Assembly: GCA_905236395.1 (NCBI GenBank)
Contig: CAJOPR010000058.1
Location: forward strand, 2,515 to 66,514
Origin: an uncultured Bacilli bacterium
GTDB lineage: Bacteria > Bacillota_I > Bacilli_A > RFN20 > CAG-826
Reading direction: 5' to 3'
Length of the DNA: 64,000 nt
Below are positions 40,097 through 49,607 of this stretch, one piece after another (positions within the stretch are counted from its first letter, which is position 1; each line of letters starts with the position of its first letter). A program made the translations under genes and the position numbers. Below the pieces are notes generated by a model. That model was not told the DNA's origin. It saw only the letters and a list, made by a program, of their open reading frames with translations, and did not search any database.

Positions 40097-41470
40097 ATGT
40101 ATCGTAAAAATGCCTGGTTGAAATACGACCAAAAACAAGTCAAAGAAGTGATGAAATTCGCAGAAGGCTACAAAGATTTCTTATCATTTAGCAAGACCGA
40201 ACGTTTAGCGGTCAGATATGCGAGTAAATTACTTGATGCAAAAGGATTCAAAAGAGCGGAAGAACTTAAATCCTTAAAAGTAGGCGATAAAGTTTACTTT
40301 ATTAACAAAAATAAAAACGTCTGCGCATTCATCGTTGGTAAAAAACCACTTGAAGAAGGATTAAGAATCTTAGGTGCTCACATTGACTCACCTCGATTAG
40401 ACTTAAAGGAACACCCAGTCTATGAAAAGAACGGTTTCGCTTTAGGTGATACCCATTACTATGGTGGAGTTAAGAAGTATCAATGGACCACAATCCCACT
40501 AGCCTTACACGGTGTTGTCTGTAAGAAAGATGGCTCTGTTGTCGAAGTTAATATTGGTGAAGAAGAAAAAGATCCAATCGTTGGTATTACAGACTTATTA
40601 ATTCACTTATCTCAAGATCAAATGCAAGCCCCTTTAGCCAAAGCTATCACTGGTGAAAACTTAGATATTACCTTAGGTAGTATGCCATTAGATGAAAAGA
40701 GCAAAGAACCAGTTAAGGCCAATGTCTTAAAACTCTTAAAGAAGAAATATGGTTTTGAAGAAGAAGACTTAGTCTCCGCGGAAATTGAAATCGTTCCTGC
40801 TGGTAAAGCAAGAGACTACGGTCTAGATAGAAGCATGGTCGCTGGTTATGGTCACGATGATAGAAGCTGTGCTTATACATCCTTAATGGCATTATTAGAT
40901 GTCGAAGCAGAAAAAGTTGAATACACAGCTTGCTGTGTTTTAGTGGATAAAGAAGAAATCGGTTCTGTCGGTGCGACAGGCGCTCAATCATTATTCTTTG
41001 AAAACACAATTGCTAGATTAGCGGCATTGATGGGTTCTAAAGACGCTTTATTCTCCGCGAGAAAAGCGATGGAAAATAGCAAGATGTTATCAAGTGACGT
41101 CTCTGCAGGATTCGACCCATTATATCCACAAGTGAACGATCCAAAGAACGCCGCGTACTTTGGTGAAGGTATTGTTTTTAACAAATATACTGGTTCACGT
41201 GGTAAATCCGGTTCCAATGACGCCAACCCAGAATACTATGCATTCATCAGAAAAGTTGTTGATGAAGCAAATGTTAACTGGCAGAATGCTGAACTTGGTA
41301 AAGTTGACCAAGGTGGTGGAGGCACAATCGCCTACATCTTAGGTAACTACAATATGAACGTTATTGATGCTGGTATTCCAGTGCTCAACATGCACGCTCC
41401 TATGGAAATCGTCAGTAAAGCCGATGTCTATGAAGCATATCGTGCATATCTAGCATTCTTAGTTGCTTAA
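40097..41470 (+). CDS. M18-family aminopeptidase
   Basis: ILGAHIDSPRLDLKEHP and GYGHDDRSCAY motifs. Confidence 0.7.
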   Translation: MYRKNAWLKYDQKQVKEVMKFAEGYKDFLSFSKTERLAVRYASKLLDAKGFKRAEELKSLKVGDKVYFINKNKNVCAFIVGKKPLEEGLRILGAHIDSPRLDLKEHPVYEKNGFALGDTHYYGGVKKYQWTTIPLALHGVVCKKDGSVVEVNIGEEEKDPIVGITDLLIHLSQDQMQAPLAKAITGENLDITLGSMPLDEKSKEPVKANVLKLLKKKYGFEEEDLVSAEIEIVPAGKARDYGLDRSMVAGYGHDDRSCAYTSLMALLDVEAEKVEYTACCVLVDKEEIGSVGATGAQSLFFENTIARLAALMGSKDALFSARKAMENSKMLSSDVSAGFDPLYPQVNDPKNAAYFGEGIVFNKYTGSRGKSGSNDANPEYYAFIRKVVDEANVNWQNAELGKVDQGGGGTIAYILGNYNMNVIDAGIPVLNMHAPMEIVSKADVYEAYRAYLAFLVA

Positions 41471-41482
41471 TTATATTTATAT

Positions 41483-41515
41483 AACCTCTCTTAAACGGGA
41501 GGTTTTCTTTTTATT
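41483..41515 (+). terminator. Terminator after the aminopeptidase
   Basis: cctctc-ttaaac-gggagg + tttt. Confidence 0.65.
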
Positions 41516-41569
41516 ATTTTATCTTTACAAACGCATACCTTTTGTTTAAGATAGATAACGCTCAATCGT

Positions 41570-41646
41570 GGCGGATGTGGTGAAGGGGTTAACACACCTG
41601 GCTGTGAACCAGGCATTCGTCAGTTCAAGTCTGATCATCCGCCCCA
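41570..41646 (+). tRNA. tRNA-His (GTG) with an encoded G-1
   Basis: 8-bp acceptor stem ggcggatg/catccgcc, anticodon loop ctGTGaa, T-loop ttcaagt, encoded CCA. Confidence 0.8.
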
Positions 41647-41658
41647 TACATTGAAAAT

Positions 41659-41689
41659 AAGCGTTGATTGAAATCAGCGCTTTTCTTTT
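41659..41689 (+). terminator. Terminator after tRNA-His
   Basis: gcgttgatt-g-aaatcagcgc + ttttctttt. Confidence 0.5.
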
Positions 41690-43380
41690 ATGTCATAAAT
41701 GTAATAATTTATATAAGCATGAAAGAACTTAAAAGAACATTATTAAGAATGGGATTTTACTATTTATTACTTTTAGTAAACACCGTTTTTTCTTTCAGTT
41801 TTATCAACGATAATTTCCCCGCCAGAAACTTACCAACCATTTATTTGCTAGTTTTATCATTTTGCTTAGTTTTATATTACTCACACCGCCTTCCCCCTAA
41901 AGGAACCACTTCGTTTTTAATGAAGTCAATCGCTTGGTCAGCGGTGTTATTAATTTTATTCCGTAGTATCAAGTACAGCGCTTTCTTTTCCGTAGATGTC
42001 TTAGCAAGGCATACATGGTATTTCTATTATGTCCCTATCCTAGTGATGCCTCTATGTTTATTCTTTATTGCTTTGTTAGTTTCTAGAAAGCAAGGTGATC
42101 GTTTCCCGATCGCCTGGATTTGGGTGGTTATATTAACTGGCATATTCATATTGCTAATATTAACTAACGACCTCCATCAACAAGTATTCAAATTCCAAGA
42201 AGGCTTTGTGGATTGGAACAACAATTATGATCATGGTTGGTTATTCTACGTTATTAACGTATGGCAATATTCTTTATATATCGCTGCGGTTGTCATTTTA
42301 ATTGTCAAATGCCGTATCAGTGAATCCAAAAAGAACGCTTGGGTCATCTTAATTCCAGCGACTATCGGTGCGGTCTTATATGTATTGCTATTAACTGGTT
42401 TTGTTCCAAAACTATTCGGTTCTACGATTATCGAATTCCCTGAAGCGCACATCTTCACCATCGCTGTGGTCGTGGAGTGTTGTATCCAACTAGGCTTAGT
42501 GCCAACAAACAATGAATATGGAAAGATATTCCAAAACCTTTCAATTTCATCTGAAGTCACTGATGAAAAAGGCAATCCTATCTATATCTCCAGCAGTGCT
42601 ATCCCAATAACTAAGGAGCAATTTGAATTAGAAAGCGGTTCTAGGATTGAAGAACACACAGTTCTATATAAAATGAAACTCCCTGGTGGATATGGCTTCT
42701 GGCAAGATGATATGAAAGAGCTAGACCGCATTAATGAAGAACTACAAGACGCCAAAGAAGGATTAGAACAAGAAACAGAACTAATTAGACTCCGTAATGA
42801 GCTTGAAGAACAACAAGCTAAGATTAGACAGAGAACCATCCTCTATGACAAGATTGCGGAAGCCACAAAAAGACAATCTCAAACTATCTCTGAGCTTGCT
42901 AAAAAAGCAAAAGCATCTGAAGATGCAAAACTAAAAGATGAATATAGAAGAAGAATTGTTTTACTAGGTGCATATATCAAAAGATATGCGAATTTAACAT
43001 TATTATCGCAAGAGAGTGCGATGATTGAGGTTGGTGAATTAAAACTATCAATTGCTGAGCTTTTACATTATCTCAATTATTATGGTGTTCCTGGTGAACT
43101 AGTGGGTGAGGCTAAATCATCCATCTCTTCTGATTCCGCTTTAGCGATATTTGAAGTATTGGAACTTGTGATTGAAGATAATTTAGATTCTATTAAAGGT
43201 GTTTTTATCAATCTTCTTATCGAAGACAATGTCAAATTGAAACTCATTGTGGAGGACATGAAACATCCTTTTAGCAAAGAGATAACTGAAGAATTATCAA
43301 AAGTGGATGTTCTTACCGATGCGATGGTGGAAGATGATGTTACCTATATCACCTTTAGCGTGAAGAAAGGAGAAAAATAA
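41668..43380 (+). CDS. Multi-TM sensor-like protein with a coiled-coil and a degenerate histidine-kinase-like C-terminus (pseudo-kinase)
   Basis: 6 TM helices, then a coiled coil. No conserved His in the H-box-equivalent region, and N/G-boxes are degenerate. The likely true start is MKELK at 41719. Confidence 0.5.
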   Translation: MKSALFFYVINVIIYISMKELKRTLLRMGFYYLLLLVNTVFSFSFINDNFPARNLPTIYLLVLSFCLVLYYSHRLPPKGTTSFLMKSIAWSAVLLILFRSIKYSAFFSVDVLARHTWYFYYVPILVMPLCLFFIALLVSRKQGDRFPIAWIWVVILTGIFILLILTNDLHQQVFKFQEGFVDWNNNYDHGWLFYVINVWQYSLYIAAVVILIVKCRISESKKNAWVILIPATIGAVLYVLLLTGFVPKLFGSTIIEFPEAHIFTIAVVVECCIQLGLVPTNNEYGKIFQNLSISSEVTDEKGNPIYISSSAIPITKEQFELESGSRIEEHTVLYKMKLPGGYGFWQDDMKELDRINEELQDAKEGLEQETELIRLRNELEEQQAKIRQRTILYDKIAEATKRQSQTISELAKKAKASEDAKLKDEYRRRIVLLGAYIKRYANLTLLSQESAMIEVGELKLSIAELLHYLNYYGVPGELVGEAKSSISSDSALAIFEVLELVIEDNLDSIKGVFINLLIEDNVKLKLIVEDMKHPFSKEITEELSKVDVLTDAMVEDDVTYITFSVKKGEK

Positions 43381-44618
43381 TGGTCTCCTTTAATATGCTA
43401 TCGAGTTTAGTTAGAGCGTTTTTTGCCCTTTGGGCATTGCTTTTATGTGTCATTAATATTGCTAACGCAGTTATGGCGTTTGATAAAAAGAAATACCTCT
43501 TTGGTTCTATTGGTACTATTTTGTTCTTGCCGATCTATTTCTTTTGGCAGGTGATGTTTGATTACGTTTTATACGAAAGCGGTGGATCTCTTAACGTTGT
43601 TTCTAACGCAATGGTGAATCTAGATTGGATTTATTGGTTGTTAATCTTTGTGGTCTTAACTGTATTCACCGTCATTTTACTTGTTTACAACGTTCACTAT
43701 GAGAGAAATAACCTTACAGTTAATTCTATTAAGTTATATCTAGACCAAGTCGACTGTGGTGTCTGTTGTTATAAAGAAAACGGTAGAGTGATGTTCACCA
43801 ACATGACTATGAACCAGTTATGTATAAAATTAACAGGAACACAGTTATTAAATGGCAATCAGTTCTATGAAGCCACAAAGGATCAAATTCTTTCCATTGG
43901 TGAAGAGAGATGGAGATTCTCCTCTCGCGATATCTCTATTGGCAATGAACATATGCGTGAGATTATCGCCACAAATGTCACAAGCGAGTATTTAAAGACA
44001 CAACAATTAGAAAAAGATAAGCTTGAATTATCAAAGATAAATCAGGAATTACAAAATTATAACTTAAGTATTGATGAAGTGGTTCGACACCAAGAAATAT
44101 TACAAGCCAAGATTAACATTCATGATGAGATGAATAGATTAATGCTTTCCACAGTGGCCACAGATAGTGATGATATCTCTAACTTAGATAAGATATTTGC
44201 CTTTTGGCAAGAGAATGCTTCGCTTCTCTCTATGGAAGCAGAAGAGAATAAACAAGAAGTGATGTCTCATAAGATTGAAGAATTAGCTAGAGCTTTAAAG
44301 ATCCGTTTAGTGTGGAAAGATGAATCGGTCACCATATTAAGTGAAGAAGAAAGAAATATCTTTTATGTAGCCGCTCAAGAGGCTATCGCTAATGCGTCAA
44401 AACACGCGAAAGCGGATAGGATGATTATTTCTATTGTTAAAGTGGATGGACATATTGAATGTCGCTTTATCAATAATGGTGAATTACCCGATAAAGAAAT
44501 TACCTTTACCGGTGGATTATCTAACTTAGAAAAACTCATTAAAAAACAAGGAGCCTCTATCAGAGTTAGTAGTGATAAACAGTTTGTTTTATCTCTCATA
44601 TTTTTGAACAAAAAATAA
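43380..44618 (+). CDS. Sensor histidine kinase (HisKA_3/NarL class)
   Basis: TM helices. H-box INIHDEMNRL. HATPase N-box AIANASKHA. ATGG overlap with the upstream gene. Confidence 0.75.
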   Translation: MVSFNMLSSLVRAFFALWALLLCVINIANAVMAFDKKKYLFGSIGTILFLPIYFFWQVMFDYVLYESGGSLNVVSNAMVNLDWIYWLLIFVVLTVFTVILLVYNVHYERNNLTVNSIKLYLDQVDCGVCCYKENGRVMFTNMTMNQLCIKLTGTQLLNGNQFYEATKDQILSIGEERWRFSSRDISIGNEHMREIIATNVTSEYLKTQQLEKDKLELSKINQELQNYNLSIDEVVRHQEILQAKINIHDEMNRLMLSTVATDSDDISNLDKIFAFWQENASLLSMEAEENKQEVMSHKIEELARALKIRLVWKDESVTILSEEERNIFYVAAQEAIANASKHAKADRMIISIVKVDGHIECRFINNGELPDKEITFTGGLSNLEKLIKKQGASIRVSSDKQFVLSLIFLNKK

Positions 44619-44681
44619 TACTAACGGCTGATATGAGTAATAGAAACTTTTAGATAGAATAAAAGTAAGGATTATTAATGT

Positions 44682-45314
44682 ATGGCGTATAAAGTCTTGA
44701 TCGTGGAAGATCAAAACATTCCTTCAGAATTATTTAAGATTTATATCGAAAGTAGTGAGGACTTTGAACACGTTCTCTCTATTTCTAATGCCTCATTAGC
44801 CTTATCAGTCTGTCAGAGCAACGAAATTGATCTCATCCTTATGGATGTTATGACTGACCTTGGCCATAATGGCTTAGATGCCGCGGAAGAAATTAAAAAG
44901 AAATACCCAAAGATTAAAGTCATTATCATCACCTCAATGCCGGAATATTCCTGGCTCAGAAAAGCGAGGAAGATCGGCGTGGATTCCTTCTGGTATAAAG
45001 ATGGTCAAAGAAATAGTCTTTTAGACATCATGAAAAGAACCATGAATGGAGAACATATCTATCCAGATGAAACACCAGTGGTGCGTATTGGTGAGGCCAC
45101 AAACCATGACTTTACTGAAAGAGAACTAGATGTTTTAAAAGAATTAACCACAGGGGACACAAACGCGGAAATCGCGAAGAGATTGTTTATCTCTGTGGCT
45201 ACGGTGAAGAGTCATATTCAACACCTTATGGAAAAGACGGGATTTAAGACGCGTACAGAGCTTGTTAGTGAGGCGCGTGGATTAGGAATCGTCATTAAAG
45301 ATAAGAACAGTTAA
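44682..45314 (+). CDS. Response regulator, LuxR/NarL family
   Basis: Receiver domain (LILMDVMTD) plus a C-terminal LuxR HTH (ELDVLKELTTGDTNAEIAKRLFISVATVKSHIQHLMEK). Confidence 0.85.
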   Translation: MAYKVLIVEDQNIPSELFKIYIESSEDFEHVLSISNASLALSVCQSNEIDLILMDVMTDLGHNGLDAAEEIKKKYPKIKVIIITSMPEYSWLRKARKIGVDSFWYKDGQRNSLLDIMKRTMNGEHIYPDETPVVRIGEATNHDFTERELDVLKELTTGDTNAEIAKRLFISVATVKSHIQHLMEKTGFKTRTELVSEARGLGIVIKDKNS

Positions 45315-45333
45315 AAAGCGTAAAAATGCATAA

Positions 45334-45360
45334 ATGCCGAGCGGATGTTCGGCTTTTTTA
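45334..45360 (+). terminator. Terminator after the response regulator
   Basis: gccga...tcggc + tttttt. Confidence 0.55.
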
Positions 45361-45454
45361 TTAAAAGTTAGGCAATATCATACTATCGGCTGATGTGGGT
45401 AGTTTCCTTGGTCGGTTAAATTATATGTAAGAATACATATGAAAGGATTTTGTT

Positions 45455-46822
45455 ATGAAGAATAATAAACTTTTATTAAGCGTGGCGCTTTTAGCTATGC
45501 TTACTTTAGGTGCTTGTACACCAAAAACATCACCAAGTAGTTCTTCAAGTCAAGGTGGAGAAACATCCTCTGAATCATCTGGATCAGAATCTAGTTCCTC
45601 TTCATCAAGCTCTGAAGCACATCAACACTCAATGGGACAATATGGTTTCTGTTCATGTGGTGAGTATCTTGGTGGTGAATTCGCTATTGAAGCTGGCGCT
45701 GCTAGCGTTCCTACATCCTTCATCGGTGACATGCAAATTGGAGACAAACGTTTCTTCCGCTTAAGCGGTTTAACCGAAAAGCACGCACTTCATGTTGAAG
45801 ATTATGATGGTTGGAATTTCACTCACGAAACCGAAATAGCCGCTGATGTCACAGCCTATAAAAAACTTGATGACGGTTCTATGGATGAGCTTTTAATTGG
45901 TTTTAACACTTCGGAAGATGAAATGACACAAGAAGCTATCAGCTTTGGCCAAGACAAGCATATCTATTTCGTGGTTGAAGCTCACAAAGTACTTAGCGCT
46001 GCATTCTTAGATTTTGTTGAAGATCACTTCTATAACGCTGCAGGTGTTTGCGCAGCTGAAGGCATCTTCAGAGCAGATGGCAAATATGACGGTTATACTT
46101 GGAAATCAATTCCAGTTGGTAGTGAAAGTGCAGATGCCATCTCTCACCCAGATGATGGGAAAGCACATTACTTCAAAATTGTCGAAGATCCAGCCCACCT
46201 TCTTCCATTTGCTCATCACAAATTCAACCTTACTGTAACAAATGAATCCAGAGCCAGTTACAAACTTTATTATCTAGATGCGGAGAATAGTCCAGTTGAA
46301 CTTACTCTTAGCGAAGGCAATGAACCAGAAGTACCTGTTGGTGTCCATGCATTATATGTTGTAGTTACTCATAATGGCATCATCGAAAATGCCTCATTCC
46401 AATTAAGAAGAGTGGAACACTGTAGAGAAGAACATGGTTATTGCCCAGATTGTGAAATAGTCACACTTCCTCTTTCTAAGAGACTCACTATGAATGCTAC
46501 TGAATTCAGCAGTGCATTTGATGTGGTGGAAAACGAAAGGTATAGTTTCTATTTCAACTTTAACGTTGCTGACACTAATATCGAAAACTTTGCTGTTCAA
46601 TTTAACTCACCAATATGGAACCATGTTGCTGCTAGCGTGTGGCTATATGTCTATGATGACGTTAAAGAAGAATTTACATTAGTATATCGTACTGGCACAA
46701 GTACTGCTGAACTTGAGTATGATTTATCAGAAGTCTATTATGGTCCATCCTTAGCGTTCTTTGAATTCACTGCAGCTGGCACCATGAGTGATGTCCAAAT
46801 TAGAGTTCACGATTTCGAATAA
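45455..46822 (+). CDS. Lipoprotein with a Ser-rich linker, unknown function
   Basis: Lipobox MLTLGAC. SSSSSQGGETSSESS linker. Confidence 0.6.
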   Translation: MKNNKLLLSVALLAMLTLGACTPKTSPSSSSSQGGETSSESSGSESSSSSSSSEAHQHSMGQYGFCSCGEYLGGEFAIEAGAASVPTSFIGDMQIGDKRFFRLSGLTEKHALHVEDYDGWNFTHETEIAADVTAYKKLDDGSMDELLIGFNTSEDEMTQEAISFGQDKHIYFVVEAHKVLSAAFLDFVEDHFYNAAGVCAAEGIFRADGKYDGYTWKSIPVGSESADAISHPDDGKAHYFKIVEDPAHLLPFAHHKFNLTVTNESRASYKLYYLDAENSPVELTLSEGNEPEVPVGVHALYVVVTHNGIIENASFQLRRVEHCREEHGYCPDCEIVTLPLSKRLTMNATEFSSAFDVVENERYSFYFNFNVADTNIENFAVQFNSPIWNHVAASVWLYVYDDVKEEFTLVYRTGTSTAELEYDLSEVYYGPSLAFFEFTAAGTMSDVQIRVHDFE

Positions 46823-46837
46823 TATTCAAATTATTAA

Positions 46838-46863
46838 AGAGACCACTTCGGTGGTCTTTTTTG
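46838..46863 (+). terminator. Strong terminator (agaccac-ttcg-gtggtct + T6)
   Basis: Perfect stem-loop. Confidence 0.75.
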
Positions 46864-46876
46864 TTATAATCTACAT

Positions 46877-47164
46877 ATGGCAAGCTCTAAAGATTATTTT
46901 GAATACGTACTTGAACTACTTAGAGAAGTTAGAGGTATTTCCTATCGTAAGATGATGGGGGAATACATGCTTTACAAAGATGGTGTTATCTTTGGCGGTG
47001 TCTATGATGATAGATTCCTTGTTAAGAAGATTAAGGGATTAGAAGATAGACACTTTAAGGAAGTAATGCCTTATCCTAACGCTAGTCCGTTTTATCTAGT
47101 GGATGTTGAAGATCCGGATGAGATTAAAGACATAGTGGATATCCTTGTTAAGGAACTAAGATAA
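46877..47164 (+). CDS. TfoX N-terminal domain protein (95 aa)
   Basis: MGEYMLYKDGVIFGGVYDDRFLVK pattern of the TfoX_N family. Confidence 0.6.
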   Translation: MASSKDYFEYVLELLREVRGISYRKMMGEYMLYKDGVIFGGVYDDRFLVKKIKGLEDRHFKEVMPYPNASPFYLVDVEDPDEIKDIVDILVKELR

Positions 47165-47192
47165 AAAAGACGTCCTACTGGACGTTTTCTTT
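47164..47192. terminator. Bidirectional terminator
   Basis: acgtcc-tact-ggacgt flanked by A- and T-runs. Confidence 0.6.
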
Positions 47193-48101
47193 AGCCTTTC
47201 TTCTCGGGAGGATTAATAAGATGCTTGTGGATTTCTTATAGTTAACCATGTCTGGTTTATATTCCATCATGTGCTTTTCTTCCATCGGGATGGAGATAAA
47301 CATGAACATCAATAAGTTAACTATTGCACCCGCAATATAATACCAAAGTGTGATGTTATTGATAATTAATATGAGAGCCACACCAAACCAGATAAGTATT
47401 TCACCTAAATAGTTAGGGTGACGGGAATATCTCCATAATCCCACATTGATGACATCGCTTCTTGATGTTCTTGTTTTAATGAACTTCTTCATCTGGATAT
47501 CGGAGATAAGCTCTAATAATGTCCCTAACAAAATGACACCAGATCCAATGAAATCTAAATAAGAGAATGATTCAATTGGTAATGAGACATATAGGAATAG
47601 TGGGAGTGACGCCCCAAAGACCACGAGAGTGGGGAACATACAAATTCCAAAGAGATTAACTAATTGATATAACTTGCCACTTTTCTGTTTAAGCATGTTA
47701 TATCTCCAGTCCACATAAGTCATATCATGGAAACCGATAACAAAGTTAACGGTTAATCTAACGGAATATATAAATATCGCTACCAGAGGGATGATAGTGA
47801 ATAAGTTCCAATTGTTGAAATAAAACAAAAGTCCTAAATAGATGAAGAATGTCTGCAAAGACCAATAAGGATCATATACGGATGCAGTCTTACAGAGTAG
47901 ACCACACGCCCAGACAAACACTGTGCTTGTGACATCTGCAATGAGAACCGCTAAGAAGAAGTGTACATAGTCTTTTAATAACCAGAACACCAATCCACCG
48001 ATTAATAACGCAAAAATATAGATGACACCGAGAATCAATAAACCTTGGAGTTTCTTTTTCATAGCCACTAATATATAGAAATTGTTTGATAATATCAACA
48101 A
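47175..48101 (-). CDS. ICMT/DUF1295-like membrane methyltransferase or reductase family protein
   Basis: RYSRHPNYLGEILIW motif. Multi-TM. The true start may be the MKKK 39 nt downstream of the track start (48062). Confidence 0.5.
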   Translation of the reverse strand: MLILSNNFYILVAMKKKLQGLLILGVIYIFALLIGGLVFWLLKDYVHFFLAVLIADVTSTVFVWACGLLCKTASVYDPYWSLQTFFIYLGLLFYFNNWNLFTIIPLVAIFIYSVRLTVNFVIGFHDMTYVDWRYNMLKQKSGKLYQLVNLFGICMFPTLVVFGASLPLFLYVSLPIESFSYLDFIGSGVILLGTLLELISDIQMKKFIKTRTSRSDVINVGLWRYSRHPNYLGEILIWFGVALILIINNITLWYYIAGAIVNLLMFMFISIPMEEKHMMEYKPDMVNYKKSTSILLILPRRKAKENVQ

Positions 48102-48124
48102 TTAAAAAGAAGTGAGTATAATAA

Positions 48125-49504
48125 TTGAGTATGGAAATGTTATATGGCGTAAAAGATAGACCTCCAGTGGGGAAGATTATTCTTTTCGCATTACAACAAT
48201 TATTATCAATTCTAGCGGGCACAATCACATTGCCTCTTATCGTCGGAAATGGCATGAGTCAATCCGCTGCATTAGTGGGCGCTGCTATCGGTACATTAGT
48301 ATATTTACTAATTACTAAGTTTAAGAGCCCTGTATTTTTAGGTTCTTCATTCACCTATTTAGGATCGATGGCCGCAGCTTTTGCGGGTGCCGCAACTGCA
48401 GCGATTGGATATGTCGGTCTTTTGATGGGTGCTATCCTAGCGGGCTTAGTGTATGTAATTCTTTCTATCATTGTTCACTTCACTGGTTCTAACTGGGTTT
48501 CTAAGTTAATGCCTCCTGTGGTTATTGGACCAGTAGTGGCCATTATTGCTTTAACGTTAGCACCTAATGCGATTACTAATATCACCTTAGGTAACGTAAC
48601 TACCTCTGTTGATGGGATTTTGGCCAATCCTTATATTTGTCTAGGCTGTGGCATTATAACATTTCTAACAATCATTGTTGTTTCAAGATTCGCAAAGGGA
48701 ATGCTCAAACTCATCCCGTTTATTATTGGTATTCTAGCGGGATTTTGTGTTGCCGCTTTATTAACCGGTATTGGTTATTGGACTAACACCGATATCTTAA
48801 AGATTGTCGATTTCTCTCCATTCATAAATATGAAATGGGTACCAGATTTCACATTCTTACATATCTATCAAGGTATTAAAGACTTTAAGGATGGTGCGGA
48901 TTTCTTAAAGTATTTTGGTTTAATAGCAGTATCTTATGTTCCTGTGGCATTTGCCGTCTTTGCAGAGCATATTGCAGACCATAAGAACATTTCATTTATC
49001 ATCGGCGAAGATTTATTAAAAGATCCAGGATTATCCAGAACTTTAATGGGTGATGGTGTCGGTTCTATGATTGGCGCAGTATTTGGTGGTTGTCCAAATA
49101 CCACCTATGGTGAATCTGTTAGTTGTGTAGCGTTTTCTAAGAATGCATCTGTGATTACTATTATTGTTACAAGCGCTATGGCGATAGCAATGTCATTCTT
49201 TGGACCGCTTATGGCGTTCTTTGCCTCTATCCCATCATGCGTTATCGGTGGACTTTCCATTTGCTTGTATGGCTTCATCGCTTCCTCTGGTTTACAGATG
49301 CTAAAAGATGTTGATCTTAGAGATGGTAAGAACATCGCTGTTGTCGCCACAATCCTAGTAGTGGGTGTGGGTGGTCTAGTCATTAGATTTGCTTACTTTG
49401 AATTCTCTCCTGTAGCATGCGCATTTGCGTTTGGTGTCCTTATCAATTTATTAGTGAACATCAAAAAGAAACCAAAAACACCAGAAGAAGAACCTAAAGA
49501 TTAA
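48125..49504 (+). CDS. NCS2 family nucleobase permease (uracil/xanthine type)
   Basis: N-terminal RPPVGKIILFALQQLLSILAGTITLPLIVG. 12-14 TM helices. Confidence 0.75.
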   Translation: MSMEMLYGVKDRPPVGKIILFALQQLLSILAGTITLPLIVGNGMSQSAALVGAAIGTLVYLLITKFKSPVFLGSSFTYLGSMAAAFAGAATAAIGYVGLLMGAILAGLVYVILSIIVHFTGSNWVSKLMPPVVIGPVVAIIALTLAPNAITNITLGNVTTSVDGILANPYICLGCGIITFLTIIVVSRFAKGMLKLIPFIIGILAGFCVAALLTGIGYWTNTDILKIVDFSPFINMKWVPDFTFLHIYQGIKDFKDGADFLKYFGLIAVSYVPVAFAVFAEHIADHKNISFIIGEDLLKDPGLSRTLMGDGVGSMIGAVFGGCPNTTYGESVSCVAFSKNASVITIIVTSAMAIAMSFFGPLMAFFASIPSCVIGGLSICLYGFIASSGLQMLKDVDLRDGKNIAVVATILVVGVGGLVIRFAYFEFSPVACAFAFGVLINLLVNIKKKPKTPEEEPKD

Positions 49505-49607
49505 TTAAAATTAAACGATATTAGAGAACAAAAGTTTTGATGATATCGTTTTTTGTTTACTGTTAATTGCCTATAAATATACAATAAAGGCAGAGATAAA
49601 TTTATTT

